Shown: one piece after another, positions 12,581 to 26,509 of the stretch
Layout of the letters: every line of letters starts with the position of its first letter
Position numbering within the stretch: the stretch's first letter is position 1
Assembly (NCBI RefSeq): GCF_964204645.1
Contig: NC_134033.1
Span: 4,798,231 to 4,862,230, forward strand
Length of the DNA: 64,000 bases
Direction of reading: 5' to 3'
Origin: Tubulanus polymorphus
Lineage: Eukaryota; Animalia; Nemertea
Made by a program: the position numbers and the translations under genes
The notes under the pieces: model-generated
Seen by the model: the letters and a program-made list of their open reading frames with translations, nothing else
What the model was told of the DNA's origin: nothing
Databases searched by the model: none

Positions 12581-14725
12581 GTGTACTGTTGTAAATCTCA
12601 TTTGCCATCAGATTGTTTTTATGTTACCGACGTTAGGAAGAGAAAGGACATCGTTCAAAAGGCAGGCTTATGTTTTAATTGCCTTGGAAAGCATAGAGTG
12701 AGTAATTGTCGGTCGGAAGTTTTATGTAAGTTTTGCAAAAAACGACACCACAGTAGTTTGTGTTTTGCCGTATCCCGCATGGGGCCTGGTACCGGAAATC
12801 AGGCTGACATGAGCTTTAGTGAACCGGGTAGAATCGTATCTAATTCAGCAACTCAAACTAATTCAGTGGTTGAAGGTGGAACCTGCCAATCAAACCAAAA
12901 TATATCCTTGATAGAATTTGAAACCACAGCTGTAACCACTAATGCTAAGTTATTAGATACTGTTATGTTAAAAACTGCGGTGACGGAAGTTTCCGGTACT
13001 GATAAAACAATCATTGCTAATTTGCTTTTTGACGATGGGGCGCAACGGACGTTTATTACGTCTCAATTAGCCAAAGATTTAGGGCTTCCAATCACTAGGA
13101 AAGAGACAGTAAGCATGTCTGTTTTTGGTTCTGATAAACGTAGTGTACATCATTTGGATTTGGTTACATTGAATGTCCGTTGCAATGACAGCTGTGTAGT
13201 TGTAAAAGCATTGGTAGTACCCGAAATTACTCAGCCTATATCGGTGAATACTGCATTCAGAGATATTCCAGAATTTAAATCGCTGCAGTTTGCGGACACT
13301 GTAAATTCTGACAAGATTAATGTTCAGGTGTTAATCGGGTCGGATTTTTATTATGATTTTGTGACCGGTCATATTGTTAAGTCGTCTGTTGGTCCTGTAG
13401 CAATTAGTTCGAAATTAGGCTATTTGGTTTGTGGTCCGGTTGGTATTTTTGCTGATCGTCCTGTAGCTGTAATGAGTGTATTAACAAGCGCAGGAAAAAC
13501 GCCGGAATCAGTTGGTGATTTTTGGTCATTGGAGAACATTGGAATTATGCCAAATTCATCGTTTGATAATGATAAAGAATTTGTTACATATTATTGCACG
13601 GATTATATTGAAAAGCATGACAATACATACTACGCTAAATTGCCATGACGTGAAAATCATCCAGTTCTGCCGTCAAATTTTGACGTGATAGTGAATAGAA
13701 CGCATTCAACTATTGATAGATTAAGGAAATCTCCTGAGATGTTGGGAAAGTATTCGGACATCATTGTTGATCAGCTTTCAAAGAATTTCATCGAAAAGGT
13801 TTCCGAATCTGAATTAGATAATTCTAATGTTAAACACTACTTAGCTCATCCCCCAGTATTCAAACAGTCAGTGACGACGCCTGTGCGTATCGTATTCGAC
13901 TGTAGTTTTAGTGTAGGCGATAATCCTAGTTTAAATGACTGTTTGAATAGTGGCCCTTCGTTGTTCAATGAAATAATTCAAATACTCATGAGATTTCGCT
14001 TCGGTAAAATAGGTCTAGCTGCTGATATAGAAAAAGCTTTTCTACAGATTGGGTTACACCCTCGGGATCGTGACGTGACTAGATTTTTTTGGCCTAAAGA
14101 TCCAACCGATCCAAATTCACCCTTGGAGGTATACCGTTTTAAACGGGTTTTGTTTGGTGCGACATGCTCGCCTTTCATTTTAAACAATACAGTTTTGTTC
14201 CATTTACAGAATAATTTGAATTCTGTTACCAACGATTTGATACACAACATTTACATGGATAATGTAGTTTCCTCCGTAGATTATGAGGAACAGGCCTTGG
14301 AATATTATTCACGATCGCGAGATGTGCTCGCTGAAGGTCATTTCAATTTACGTTCCTGGTCTTCGAACTGTTCTCTATTGAGGGAACACGCTCGAAGTGA
14401 TGGCGTCTTAGAGAAGTCATTAACTGTAGACATTTTAGGTGTTACTTGGGATACAGAATCCGATTGTCTATCATTGAAATCTAGATCCATAAATACTCTA
14501 GAACCCGGTACACCTATCACGAAACGCACAGTAACGAGAGACATGAGTAAGATCTATGATCCATTAGGGTTTTTCACCCCAGTAACTGTTAAAATAAAGG
14601 TCTTTGTTCAGAGTCTTTGGAAGGATTCTTACGACTGGGACGATCCCCTGCCAGACGTTTTGTGTTCTCGGTGGAGAGAAATAGCTGGTGACCTAAGCAA
14701 TCTTCCTGAAATCTCGTTAAAATAA
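12581..14725 (+). mobile_element. Truncated BEL/Pao LTR-retrotransposon gag-pol fragment
   Basis: Zinc knuckles CFNCLGKHRVSNC and CKFCKKRHHSSLC; protease LFDDGAQRTFI; RT ADIEKAFLQI...YMDN; IYDPLGFFTPV. An in-frame TGG>TGA stop sits at 13646. No RNase H core or integrase follows. Confidence 0.93.
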
Positions 14726-15672
14726 ACAATTTAAAGCTGCATCTATGTTCAATGTTAAATTCCTCACGTATGAATTCGATTCGTTGAAACGTTTCCTTAT
14801 TCCGAAAAAAATTATATAGTAGTATTATTGTATAATTGTATTATTAATGAGAAAATCTGTTCGATATACCAGTATTTGAAAACTTAACACAATAAACTAT
14901 CCTGACAAGTTTCGAATGAATTAGTCATGCAGCCGTTAATCGGCATAAGGTAATTCACAGGATAGGGCCTCCCTTAGTTGGAAACAATGACAAGGAGTGC
15001 TCGGATGACGATATCTCTCTAGAACGTATCGATGACAATGATCCTGAATCAGGAGAGGATGATCCGGATTCAGGAGATATTTCAGAAGTTTAAGAGACAG
15101 ACACTGATGTCCGTGTCTACCGAAATGTATTCGATGCATTACAGAACCCATGGACCCTATACAACTGAACAAAATAGGCCATAAATTGTTTTAAACCAAT
15201 AGTTTATTATCTCAGTACAGTTACACATTCTTTATAGAGCGACGCAACGCGGTACTGGGAATTTCCCGCCTACGATACCGGGTACATGCATAATAGTGTT
15301 TTACGTTTATTTGAATAAATGTTCTACCTTTTCTTTCTACAATCATGTCTTAAGTTTATTCGCTGATTAAGAAACGTTGCAGAGATCGATGTCTTACGTT
15401 TTGGAGTAAACTGCAGTGATTCATAATATCTAACGTACTCCAATGATCTCAGAAATTATTGAAATACAACAGCAATTAAGCCTATCACCATGTATTAGGA
15501 CAACAGTAACCATGGAAACGTATATATGAAAATAAAATCACACATTCTGAACGAAGAGAAGAGGCGAATTATCCAAATATTAAGGAGTACTAGTTAAACG
15601 AGTCCAAATCCAGCAATCGTAAAGCAGATTTACTATTTATGTTTTCCTCGTTCTTACACAACATTGATTATA

Positions 15673-15847
15673 CAGTCAACCCTCGCTATAACGCCCACAT
15701 TGGTACTTAACACTTTTGGCGGTATAGACAGTATGGTGTTATATCGGGGATGATTTTCATGTATTTAATTACAAATATCCGAGAGAAAAGCATGGCGTTA
15801 AGCAGGAGCGCCTCCTAATCGGATGGCGGTATATCGGGGGTTGACTG
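15673..15847. mobile_element. Tc1/mariner(pogo)-type MITE with TA TSD
   Basis: TA|CAGTCAACCCTCGCTATAACGCC ... GGCGGTATATCGGGGGTTGACTG|TA. Confidence 0.85.
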
Positions 15848-15855
15848 TAATCAGC

Positions 15856-16689
15856 TTATACATGAAATTCGACAGCTTCCATATTGTGAAGATCTCTTGC
15901 CAACAATGCTGCATCAATTCCAATTGATGCCGCAGTTCCTCCGCCTGGAATTGTTGCCGCAATGCCACTCGCCATTTCCATAGCTGCCCCTTGGTAATCG
16001 CCTTCACCCAAACGCCATAGTGCAAAGATACTCCCAAAGATCAGCCCAGCGACTGGGATCTTTTTCAAAACCGCTTCACTGCCCATCTTTCCTAACTCTT
16101 TCGCAGCAACCTGCCCTACTTCCTTGGCGGCAACTTTTGTTGCGATCTTTGCACCTGTCGCAATGAACCGCTCGATTTGTCCATATTGACGTGGTCCTGT
16201 TGTATCTACCCGCATGATCCTCCAAGTGATATCAGTGTAACCACGTCTATGGGCGCTAAACTCTAAACCATCCTGAAGAAACCCCATGATATGATTTATT
16301 GTGAAGCCGAATTCACGATCATCTATTCTTCTGGTGGCTAACTCAGGGCAGTTTTCTGTTGCAGTTGGGAATACTTCGATAATTGTGGCTGCATACGTTG
16401 TGTTCCTTATTTGGTACTGTATGTTTGCTATCCCCGGACTCTGGGAATCAATCCGGCCTCCCTGATTCCGAACAATTGTACCTTGAGTCAAAAGCTGTCC
16501 GACGTCTACGTGTCGTTCATGCATCCGAACAATTAGTGCCCTAAGGTTATGCCTCTGATCGTAGTTTGACTGTGAAATGTCTTGCTCATCTGGCCCACGG
16601 TATGACACTTCCATCACACTGTGATATATGGCATTGGACTTCCGAATTGTCTTATGAATGGTCTTCGGGACAACCGGAACAAACGACAT
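15856..16689 (-). CDS. 277-aa uncharacterised protein with a C-terminal Gly/Ala-rich hydrophobic helical (glycine-zipper-like) domain
   Basis: Uninterrupted ORF with an AAAATG start context and an upstream splice acceptor (TTTTCAG at about 16718-16724). C-terminus: VLKKIPVAGLIFG...GDYQGAAMEMASGIAATIPGGGTAASIGIDAALLARD. Confidence 0.8.
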   Translation of the reverse strand: MSFVPVVPKTIHKTIRKSNAIYHSVMEVSYRGPDEQDISQSNYDQRHNLRALIVRMHERHVDVGQLLTQGTIVRNQGGRIDSQSPGIANIQYQIRNTTYAATIIEVFPTATENCPELATRRIDDREFGFTINHIMGFLQDGLEFSAHRRGYTDITWRIMRVDTTGPRQYGQIERFIATGAKIATKVAAKEVGQVAAKELGKMGSEAVLKKIPVAGLIFGSIFALWRLGEGDYQGAAMEMASGIAATIPGGGTAASIGIDAALLARDLHNMEAVEFHV

Positions 16690-16974
16690 TTTGACAAGAA
16701 CCGTTTTTGGTAAAAGCTGAAAATATAGATAAAATTATATCCGAGATATGTCCGACAAGGGAAAACCATGCTCGAGGCATAAGATCACAATTGAATTTCC
16801 TTGCAAAATAGATTCCGACTAAATTAAATAGTTCCTACCCAGACAAGAATGTCCCTGACAAGAGAAAAAAATTTATCCCCCCAGATAAAATAGTTAACGA
16901 ACAAGTTAAAAATATGACATGACAAATATTGGGTTATTTCCACATAGGCAAACAGTACAAATAAATTATTCTTA

Positions 16975-18401
16975 TATCCTCTGTTGTTCTAAAATCTAAC
17001 CATAATGCATATTTATTGCCGGTATAATAATCAATTTGATTAATATTACAATTTTCAGATGATTTTACTTTTTCATTCATAAAATGTTTTCTAATTTCTG
17101 GCCATTGATCTATCGTTCTCATTCCTTGACAAAATATTTTATTTGCTATTCCTTCGATAGTTATTTCTACTTTTGTTATTTCAGGATTATAATACTTATC
17201 AACCTGTATTTCGCCATTAGAATATGTTGCAATGGTAAAAAATATTAATATACCTATATATTAATAGATCTTCTTGGGAAGTTAATATTCTCATTAATTA
17301 TTTCATCACTTGCATTGATAGTTACAGTTTTAAATTTGTCAATATAATCATATAATAATGAAAATCCTTGATTGTATTGAGTTTGAATTATACTTGAAAT
17401 ATTTTCATCAGTTACTGTATCATATTCTAAACATATATTCGATAATTTATAACCCATATCTTTAACAACGGTAGATAATACAATTTCATTTACAGGAGCA
17501 AATGTTATCTCAAATATAACATCTTCTTGAATTGCATATTTATATAAAGGTGCATTATTATTTATCAATTCAAAGTCTAATGGAATTTTATATTTGCTTC
17601 GATAAATATTTTTTATCAATTTATCCATAGCATTAGTTAATATTGCGCTATTAGCTTCAGATCTTAATTTATTTTGGTTTTCTGATTGGATGCCTTGAAA
17701 TATCATATTCTATTCTTTAGTTAACCATAAATCTTTATAATGCATGAATAAATTATAATCATCTCATGAGAAAACTGTTTCTGGACCAATCTTTATAGTT
17801 AATTTTTTAATCAAATATCTTCCAACGTTATCAACAACATAATTATTATTATTGCCAGTTACTTTTATATCGGCTGAGAAATAAATACTATTTCGAACAT
17901 AAAAAGTATTTTGTGTTAATCTAGGGATTCTAACATATAAAGTTTCATAAGGATTAATATTAGAAGGGTTTTGAGTAATTATATGATGTGATCTTTCTGC
18001 TTTAATAGCCTTAGATATTCTATGATTCTTAGAAGGATTGATATAACTCCCACTCATTTATTTAACAAAAAATTAATTATTTATTTTTTATCATATTCAC
18101 TAACCAAAAAATAATAACACTTACAACTGTAATTAAAAATAAAATAATATGTTCAGCAGCAAAGTTAAGAATATTCCCAGTAGATTTCAATTTAAAACCA
18201 ACAATTGATGCAATAATTCCTGGTAAAGCTGCAGCAGATTTTTTAGATAGTTCCCATAAATATTTTGCTAATTTTTTTAAACCATCCTTAACTTTATCTT
18301 GTATAGAATTATTATCATTCGGGGGTTTATCTGGTTTATTAGGATTTGGTGTAGATTTTAATGAATTTGATATTGCTAAACCAATTGTTGTGAATACCAT
18401 A
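16975..18401 (-). mobile_element. Fragment of a second copy of the same Polinton family (3' end of the coiled-coil/TM gene plus most of the major capsid gene)
   Basis: Peptides are nearly identical to those of 43112-44955 (NKPDKPPNDNNSIQDKVKDGLKKLAKYLW; YVRIPRLTQNTF; KYALWLDFRTTED). No TIRs. Confidence 0.93.
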
Positions 18402-18569
18402 TTAAAATTAGGGACATTATATCTGTTCAGATGATTCGAGTCAAGAAGTATTCGATAGAATTCCATAAAGATTTCCCGGGGTACAAGTGGAGATATGTTA
18501 GGCTTTTAAATTATTAAGATGTTTAATTATTAAAGGTAATTGCAATTTTTATCATTCCTGTTTATCATA

Positions 18570-18820
18570 GATTCGACCTAGGATCTTACAAAAATATAAG
18601 AGCAAATATGGGTTAAAAATCCGAGAAAACTAAAAACCGTACAGTCACGAAGATGCGTTAGACTTGGATGGTAGCAACTAAGACAGGGTTGAATGCACGG
18701 AATTTATTATATAAATTGCGGATGATACTATCCAAACTCGTAAAAAATTTGAAAATATAGTGAGGTAACCACACAATATAAATAACATCGTTAGACACAG
18801 CGCCTCAGGGCTGAACCGAA
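18570..18820 (-). repeat. Dispersed repeat family, inverted copy (others at 20940-21385 and 23480-23870)
   Basis: Reverse complement of AGTCTAACGCATCTTCGTGACTGTACGGTTTTTAGTTTT and TAAGATCCTAGGTCGAATCTA. Confidence 0.75.
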
Positions 18821-18835
18821 ATATACAATGATAAT

Positions 18836-19035
18836 TGACATTTATACAGCGCAGGTATCCAAACTAGAGTCTGTTCAAATGCGCTCCAAACTTGGTATTA
18901 TTACCCGGTACCCCCAGCCTTATAAATCTATTCCATGTATCAGTCGTCGTCTCTCCTTGAGGAGAGGTAACATCCGCTCAGGAGTCATCTATCAGACCAG
19001 GTACCCATTTACTCCTAGGTGGAGAGAGGCAATGA
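18836..19035. mobile_element. SINE/LINE-tail-like fragment
   Basis: CCAGGTACCCATTTACTCCTAGGTGGAGAGAGGCAA resembles a conserved domain of widespread invertebrate SINEs (recognised from memory). Confidence 0.45.
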
Positions 19036-20939
19036 GGATAACATCGCGTTCTGTTCAAACACAATTCCGATTTCACAAAAATGATTAGAATATTTAGAAT
19101 ATCTAAATAAAATACCTCTTGATATGACAAAAACTATAAGATGGACATGTAATCAATCTATTGCGTATTCTCCTAAGCCACTGAACTGCGATCTCCGACT
19201 ACGTGTTAACCGCACCCCTGTCACGTGATATATTTCATGAAGTAATAATCGTCACGTGTCCTGAAAACCCCGTACATTACCTGACATAACGTCATCTGAT
19301 TATGATTATAGTTTTTTTATTTTCTATTGTCCACGATCTTTTTTGGGATATTTCACTTAATTTTGGGTGTGCATACATCAAAGAGGTTTAAATGGAATCA
19401 GTAGAGTTCAAATCGGCAAGACTGGAATTTTGTTTCAGCTTCTTCACTACTTTTTGCAGATGTGTACCATGTGATCCGGGTAACTTTATTCTTTGCGGGG
19501 AGAATACATTGCTCGCACGTGTTTCAGTACACGGCCGCAATGGTTGCGCTATTGTAGGCCTAAATCATTTCCAAACCGCATTGTTCTGATAGCTTTGACA
19601 AAGCCATGTTTATTTACTAAACAGCTTTCTAGGATAATATTGTGAGTGGTTGATTGACTCTTGGTGACAAGAAGCTGCTTCATCCATGACATAATTGACG
19701 CATCATCGCCTCATTGCGCATGTGTGCAATGGCTCATTTGCATAAAGAAATAAACAAATACGAACAAAATGGCGGTCTTTCTCGCCGATTTAAAGCTCAA
19801 TTTTCGAGAATATTCATCAATCCTTCAAAACTAAAAGAATAAATACACTTTGGACACTTGACACCAAAATGACGTTCAACCACATTATGTTCGAAATAAT
19901 TGTCACGAAATAGAGGTGGACCGAGGGCCGATACTTTTCATTGTCTGGGATTTGAATCTGTGTTTGATGTTTGAACTGTCGATCTTGTAAATAAATAGGT
20001 TGATTTGATTCAAAATTTCTCCTATTACACAATTCTTGGTTAGGTTTGAGTTATTATTATTTTCTCTGTACAGCAAAGTGGAATTCGGTCGGGGTTAAGT
20101 ATATTTACTATGGTGGCTGACACTGTTTGTTTTATCTTGTTTATCCAGCCTTTTTATGGACGTTGCCTGTCACATACAATTGATACAGTTCAGCTATGAA
20201 TTCTGATAAGACTATGACTCATTGTAAATGTAAAGAACGACTGATTTTCCTAATGGGATTTTTTTTTGTGCGCAAAACGCTATATACTGAATGAATGCTC
20301 ATTCTGCGGAATATCAGCGGAACAATAAATCTAGCTATAATTACGATCCGTACTGTTCATAATCAGGAATCAAACAGGACTCAGCACCTAGCACCTGAAG
20401 TAGGTCCGGACATACACATTTTTGGCCAAGTCACCACTTAGTCAAAATTTGGATTCCATAAAAATGGAAGTCCATAAAAATGCTGAACGGAGAGTCTCAG
20501 AATCAATTACAGTTCCGACGGTTAAAAATCATCCTCGCTTGCGGGAGGGAATCAAAACCCGGTAAGCGTGAACGGTAAAATTTGATATTGAAATGATGCG
20601 CGTGCGACCAAAAGAATCCGAATTTTGAGACCTGTTGCCCAGTCTGAAGGAGCAACCCTGATGTCTCAGAGACTATCCGAGTTGTGCTCTGTGAATTACA
20701 TTAAATACTAACCGTTGCACGACTATATTTGGTAAATACCTCACTAGAGTTGGTTCCTTCAGCACAGAAAAGGTCCGGGATTTAGCTTTGTCTCGTGAAC
20801 GCAATAATCGGGGTTCTGGATACTCTCCCCTACACAGAAAGATAGGTTCGGCTGTCATTTGGTCTCTGATTTCTTTATTTTATAGTATATTGCGAAGCCT
20901 CGATGTGTATTGGTCATGTTTTCACTGACATTAGGTTTA

Positions 20940-21385
20940 TCATCGTTATCAATGGAATGATTTTTTAGTTTGCATGTCTATATGCCCTACATTTTCTTAT
21001 TGTATGAATTGTTGTAGATAAGAAAAACATCGGTTTATGCATAAAGTTTGACGCGTGACGTTTTCACGATGTACCTTTACGACGGAGATATAGATATAAT
21101 GTAGTATCCCGTGTTCACAGCGTGCTATATATATTTCGGAACAGCCCAGAGGGATGTGAATTGATGTATCTAATGATGTTATTCATATTGTATGGCTACC
21201 TCACTATTTTCAATTCATATCATGAATTCAGTACATTCATTCCTTTTTTAGTTGTTACTTGGATTGATCAGTCTAATCACGCATCTTCGTGTATACGGTT
21301 TTTAGTTTTCCCAGATTTGTTGATTTATATTTGCTCTTGCCATCTGGTTACATATTTTTTTAAGATCCTAGGTCGAATCTATTAT
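20940..21385 (+). repeat. Dispersed repeat family copy
   Basis: Colinear similarity with 23480-23870 and inverted similarity with 18570-18820. Confidence 0.75.
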
Positions 21386-21709
21386 ATCAATTTAACATCT
21401 AAGTAACTGAAAAGCCTAACATGTCTCCACTTGAACCCGGGAATGTTTATGGAAATCTATCGAATAATCTGCATGACTCATCATGAATATATGTGGTAGT
21501 GGGTTATCCCCAAGATGACTCAAATAGACATTCTACACTACTATAGGCTACCAGGATGCTGAATGGTTTACACTGTGAAATTGAAATGAAGTGTGGTAGA
21601 TAATCTGTAATTATAAATTAAACAAAATTCCCATGGCCATGGCCTTACATTTCTGTTTTCCAGAATTTTCCGGTACCACCCCCTACCCTTATTGAAAGCA
21701 TTAAAATAA

Positions 21710-21995
21710 ACTAAACCGTACCCCTCTAAACCCTACCCATTTGAGCTAATGATATCTCTAAACCCCCTCCCTCATAACCTAAACCTACCTAAATGCTCTT
21801 AACCCTAAGTCTGTGGACCTTGTTGAACTCTAAACCAATGTTGACCCTCTAAACCCTTAAACCTCCTTAACCATAAACCGTAATCCTCTAGACCTAAGCC
21901 TCAAAACCCTTACCCCTGGACTCTTAAACCCTATTACCCCTAACTTTCTGAACCATAAAAGCTTATAGACTAAACCCTGGAAACCCTAAATGTAT
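21710..21995. repeat. Degenerate (AACCCT)-rich low-complexity tract
   Basis: Many imperfect TAAACCC/AACCCT words. Confidence 0.6.
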
Positions 21996-23479
21996 TGACT
22001 CTAAAAACCAGTTTTTGTTGATTCATTTCAGGATAAAATCTAAATACAACAAAAAAATGCCGCACCCTTTTGGAGGACACTTAGTTTCCCAAATAACATG
22101 GCAAAATGTTTCATTAAATTACACAACAGCAATGCTGGGATCCAAGAACATCACATCAGAAATTTATGGATTTCGGAATTCTGAATTTTTCTGATTTTCT
22201 ATTCAGAAAATTCCGGAAGTCAGAATTTTCTGTCAAGTGTCATTTCTGGACATGGATGAGTGCACTGGTCAGCAGCTAGAATATATTTGAAAAATTCCAT
22301 AAAGCTTATTGGGATCTCCGATAATCCTATTTGAACATTTGATAGATCATTGGTCAATTCTATCATTTATAATGCAGATATACTTGAATAAAAAAAGATT
22401 TCACATCATTGACTTTGTTTTTTTTTGTGGCGCCGAAATGATCGTTCATCAAATTTCGGACAAATTTACAACAAATAACAGTCATTATGTTGTTAATTGA
22501 CAACTCTGGGAATGAAAGGGTTAACATATAACAAATTAATCAGGTGTTTTATCTTATTTTTATTAGATTGCAAGTTAGGATATTTGATAAAACAGTAGAT
22601 AAACTAAGTGATAAAATATGCTGGGTTGCTTCGATTTATTCAACCGAGGATTGTGAGGGCTGGATACTTGCAACGATGGGCTACAATAGCAATCTAATAT
22701 CTATTGAATATAAAATTTAATCTGTTACTACAAGCTGAATGACTACCATAGGTATTATGGTAATACATCTATAAACAAGTCGACTATTTTTCTATCCGTT
22801 TTGTCAACTGTTGTAAAACGAAATTATTCACTGTCAGATTAAGAGTGAACCGAAACTAAGCACTTACGTAACATTTTATAGAACGGTACTCGATACTGAA
22901 ACCTATGTTTCGTTTAACTTTACTCTCCCTACAATTATTTTGGGCCAGGTCCAGGGCCAGGGGGTCATGAAATTTTCTATCCGTGCATATCCCCTTAGTA
23001 TCCAAACACGATCAGCGTAGTTGCGTATTGGCGCTCTAACCCTAGACATTGGAATCGGTCGATTTAGAAATATCAAATGAGAAAAAAATAGACCCTGTAC
23101 AGCGTGGAATCAGAAATTGTCTTTACTGTTAAATAATCGGTGTATGACCAACAAAGATGCATTCTTTTATCGATAGCTGAGCAAATTAACCAACAATGCG
23201 CTTAGAAATTATGACTTGAAGAACGAAAAATGTATGTATTAAATATTAAACCTTATCAAACGGAAGTTGTTTTGTGTCCGAGGCCTGGTATGAAATACAT
23301 CAAGAAGTTCAGCGCCTGAACTTGTATTCTGTACCTTAATAATTTATTACTCCATAATTATGTAGTGACGTATAAGCACTCCCGCGCATTTCCTGAGTAA
23401 TCCATTTTAGACCTAACAAGTCTAAACTGCCTATTAGTTAATGGTCATTTGAGCTACAAGACCATTGGTCTTTTATTAT

Positions 23480-23870
23480 CATCGTTATCAGAATGATTTT
23501 TTAGTCATTCATGCCCTGCAATTTCTTGTTGTATGAATTTGTAGATGAGATGAATATCTGCCTATGCAAACAGTTTGACGTGTGGCGTTTTTACGATGTG
23601 TGCCTTTACGAGGGAAATATAGATATAATGAAGTAATCGATTTCACGGTGTGCTTTGTATATTTCGGTTCAGCCCTGGGGCGCTGAAATGATGTGTCTAA
23701 TGATGTTATTTATATTGTGTGGTTACCTCACTATATTTTCTATTCTGTACGAGTTTGGATAGTATCATCCGCAATTTATGTAATAAATTCCGTGCATTCA
23801 ACCCTGTTTTAGTTGGTACCAGGATTGATAAGTCTAACGCATCTTCGTGACTGTACGGTTTTTAGTTTTC
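23480..23870 (+). repeat. Dispersed repeat family copy
   Basis: Colinear similarity with 20940-21385. Confidence 0.75.
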
Positions 23871-23949
23871 ATGATGTGCGATTTCATTTATTACATAAAC
23901 TGTGTATGAAATTGAATTGATGTTTGCCAATTTATGAACATTTATTTGA

Positions 23950-24458
23950 GTGATACGTAACCTACGTAAATGCTTACGTCGCATATAAGCCATAGAATAG
24001 AAGATAGGTGAAAGTGACGTAGGTTTCTGAATATAGCAGCAGCCTTGAGCGCTGGTATGTTCAAGTAGTCAACTCGTGACGTATAACATACGTACAAACC
24101 CTTTACAAAGCTCGGTGGAATGGTGTGACGAGAGAATACGTCACAGGCTATGATACCGATCGAGCTATGTGGAAGTAACATTAGAATAGTATAAAAAGGG
24201 AGGGTTTCAGTACAGAAAGGTATCGAGAATGGTGGGAAAGCTTAAGATGGGAGGCCGCAATGTATGCAGGAGTGAGAATTGTATTATAAGCTGATGTTAG
24301 AATAAAAGAAAAACATAGATCCACGGGAAGTCGTTAGTATTATTCTAGAGACAGTGGAATATCTCGAATCGGATCAAACACCCTAGAACGGATTAACCAT
24401 ACCTGCGGAATTAACAAACACAACAACGAGCAGAGAAGCCGACCCCAATACGACAACA
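23950..24458 (+). mobile_element. Possible solo LTR
   Basis: TATAAAA at about 24190, AATAAA at 24301, and an end in CGACAACA. The 5' end and TSD were not resolved. Confidence 0.3.
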
Positions 24459-26400
24459 GATTCATTGCCCTTTTTACATTTCAACATATTTGTTCATTTA
24501 GCCAATTTGTTCATTGAGCCATTTTACTTTCGATAATCATCGTCGGGCCTAGCCAACCGATGTTTGCTTCCGATGTGCGTGTTAGATACGTTTTCACAGG
24601 TGTGTCAACATGTTTCAAATTAACATGTACATATAATGACATGCGCATGTTACAGGATAAAAACCACTCGCAGTGAACGGCTGCTATTTTTGATAATTTC
24701 GCATTAACCCGTCTCATTAATCGAGATAAAACCGATTTAAATACGATTGAATTTAAGATACAAACCAGTTTGAACCGGTTGTTTTCACTGTACGTGATAT
24801 TTTCCATGAATTCCTTTCATGAACTTATAACCGTGTTTTTATATCTATATTTCTTGAAGAATAGATGTTATTATCGGTCAAGCGAAATTAGTCCCATCAT
24901 TGTCCTAGATACGCATTATGTACGTTTGAAGCCTTTAGATTGATTATCAGTGTCGCTGAACAAATGTGGTTCGTTTAAAAAAAACGATTTCACGCAATCT
25001 TGTAAAGCGTTGACAGCCTGTACAGGGAGATAAGCCCGAATCACTAATTTCCTCACATCATTATGATTTTACACGATGATTGTATCGACTAAGACTTTAT
25101 TCTCACAAGATTTGACGAGTTTATACGCAGAAAATCATTGAAAGAGTTTATTCTAGTTTTGGCGAATTTGAAAAATAAATTTTTATGTCCGCTATTCGCT
25201 TTCATTTAAAGGTGATTTTTTCTCATAACGAACAGTTTAAGGTAATACTATACTTTCATTGTGATTTATTTCTTTACTTTTTCAAAGAAGAAATTATGTT
25301 CTGTTAAGAAATATTTCCATGGCCCTAATCAGCCACCAGAGTATATAAGGATCATTCATTCATCACGTTCGCATAAAATTTGAATTTTTCACCCCCCCCT
25401 TTCATGATAAATGAATGACCCCATATGTAATTTCGTCCTGAACAACACCAAAAAATTAAAACAGGTATCGATGAGAAATGAATTCTCATCTTTTATCAAA
25501 ATAAATGATGAGAAACGAATAATAAGCATTATCTGACAGAAAATAAATAAATTGTCTTGTAATGAAGTCTCCAGGTATTAATTTGCAATCACCCGAGAGT
25601 ATTACTGACAATCAATCTCCAGTGTTAGAATAACAGCAAAATCACAGTAAAGAACGAGAAATATTTTATGGATCTACGTATAGAATAATACCCAGTGCAT
25701 TCTATAAGGCGGGGCAAGGTCAAATCTCAAGGTGGTTGTACATGACGTCATGTCGTCAGACTCTGGCCCGGTACAGCAGGGATAACTTTTTAGGCCTAAC
25801 CGTAATCGGTGAATGTCACATAATTATACAAAACATTATCAGGAAATTCATCAAAATACCTTTTTAGTTTTCACTTCGGTCCCTCACTACGTTCAGCTAG
25901 GCGTCAAAGAGAGATTGCAAAAACCGTCTAGTTTCGGATATCTCCTTCTTTAACGCATGCGCATCACGTGATGAAATATATCTATGCAATATGTGTAAAC
26001 ACAGACATTGTCGATGACACGTGATGCAAATCATTGATCTACTTGTCCTTTTTAGAACAGTATAAAGAATACAGGGAGGTCAAATTCAATTATATGTCTA
26101 CTGTGTAATCAATGCTATCAAATGTGGGGTACTCAAATGTTTGGAACAATTTGGGTCATTATTCAAATAGCATTATTCTGGGCATTATTCCTGCGTCTGA
26201 CAGCTATCTGTGTGGATCTCTGGCAAAAGGACATATTAAGATCAAGTGATCATTCCCCTTACAATTTCTATAAAGCAGTTAAGGCTGGTTTTAAGTTAGA
26301 ACAATTATATTTATAAGTGCTAAAAGAAATTAACCTAAAAATGCTGTTGCTAAAGTACCGACGTCAACTCACAGCTTACTAATTGAAAAAGGTAGACACC

Positions 26401-26509
<109 letters not shown>

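Noticed and set aside
19715-19780. Promoter-like cluster (TGCGCATG, ATTTGCAT, AAAATGGCGG)
   Set aside because: No downstream gene or RNA could be linked to it, and short motifs alone are insufficient.
21710-21995. Interstitial telomere
   Set aside because: Too degenerate, with no run of perfect TTAGGG units.
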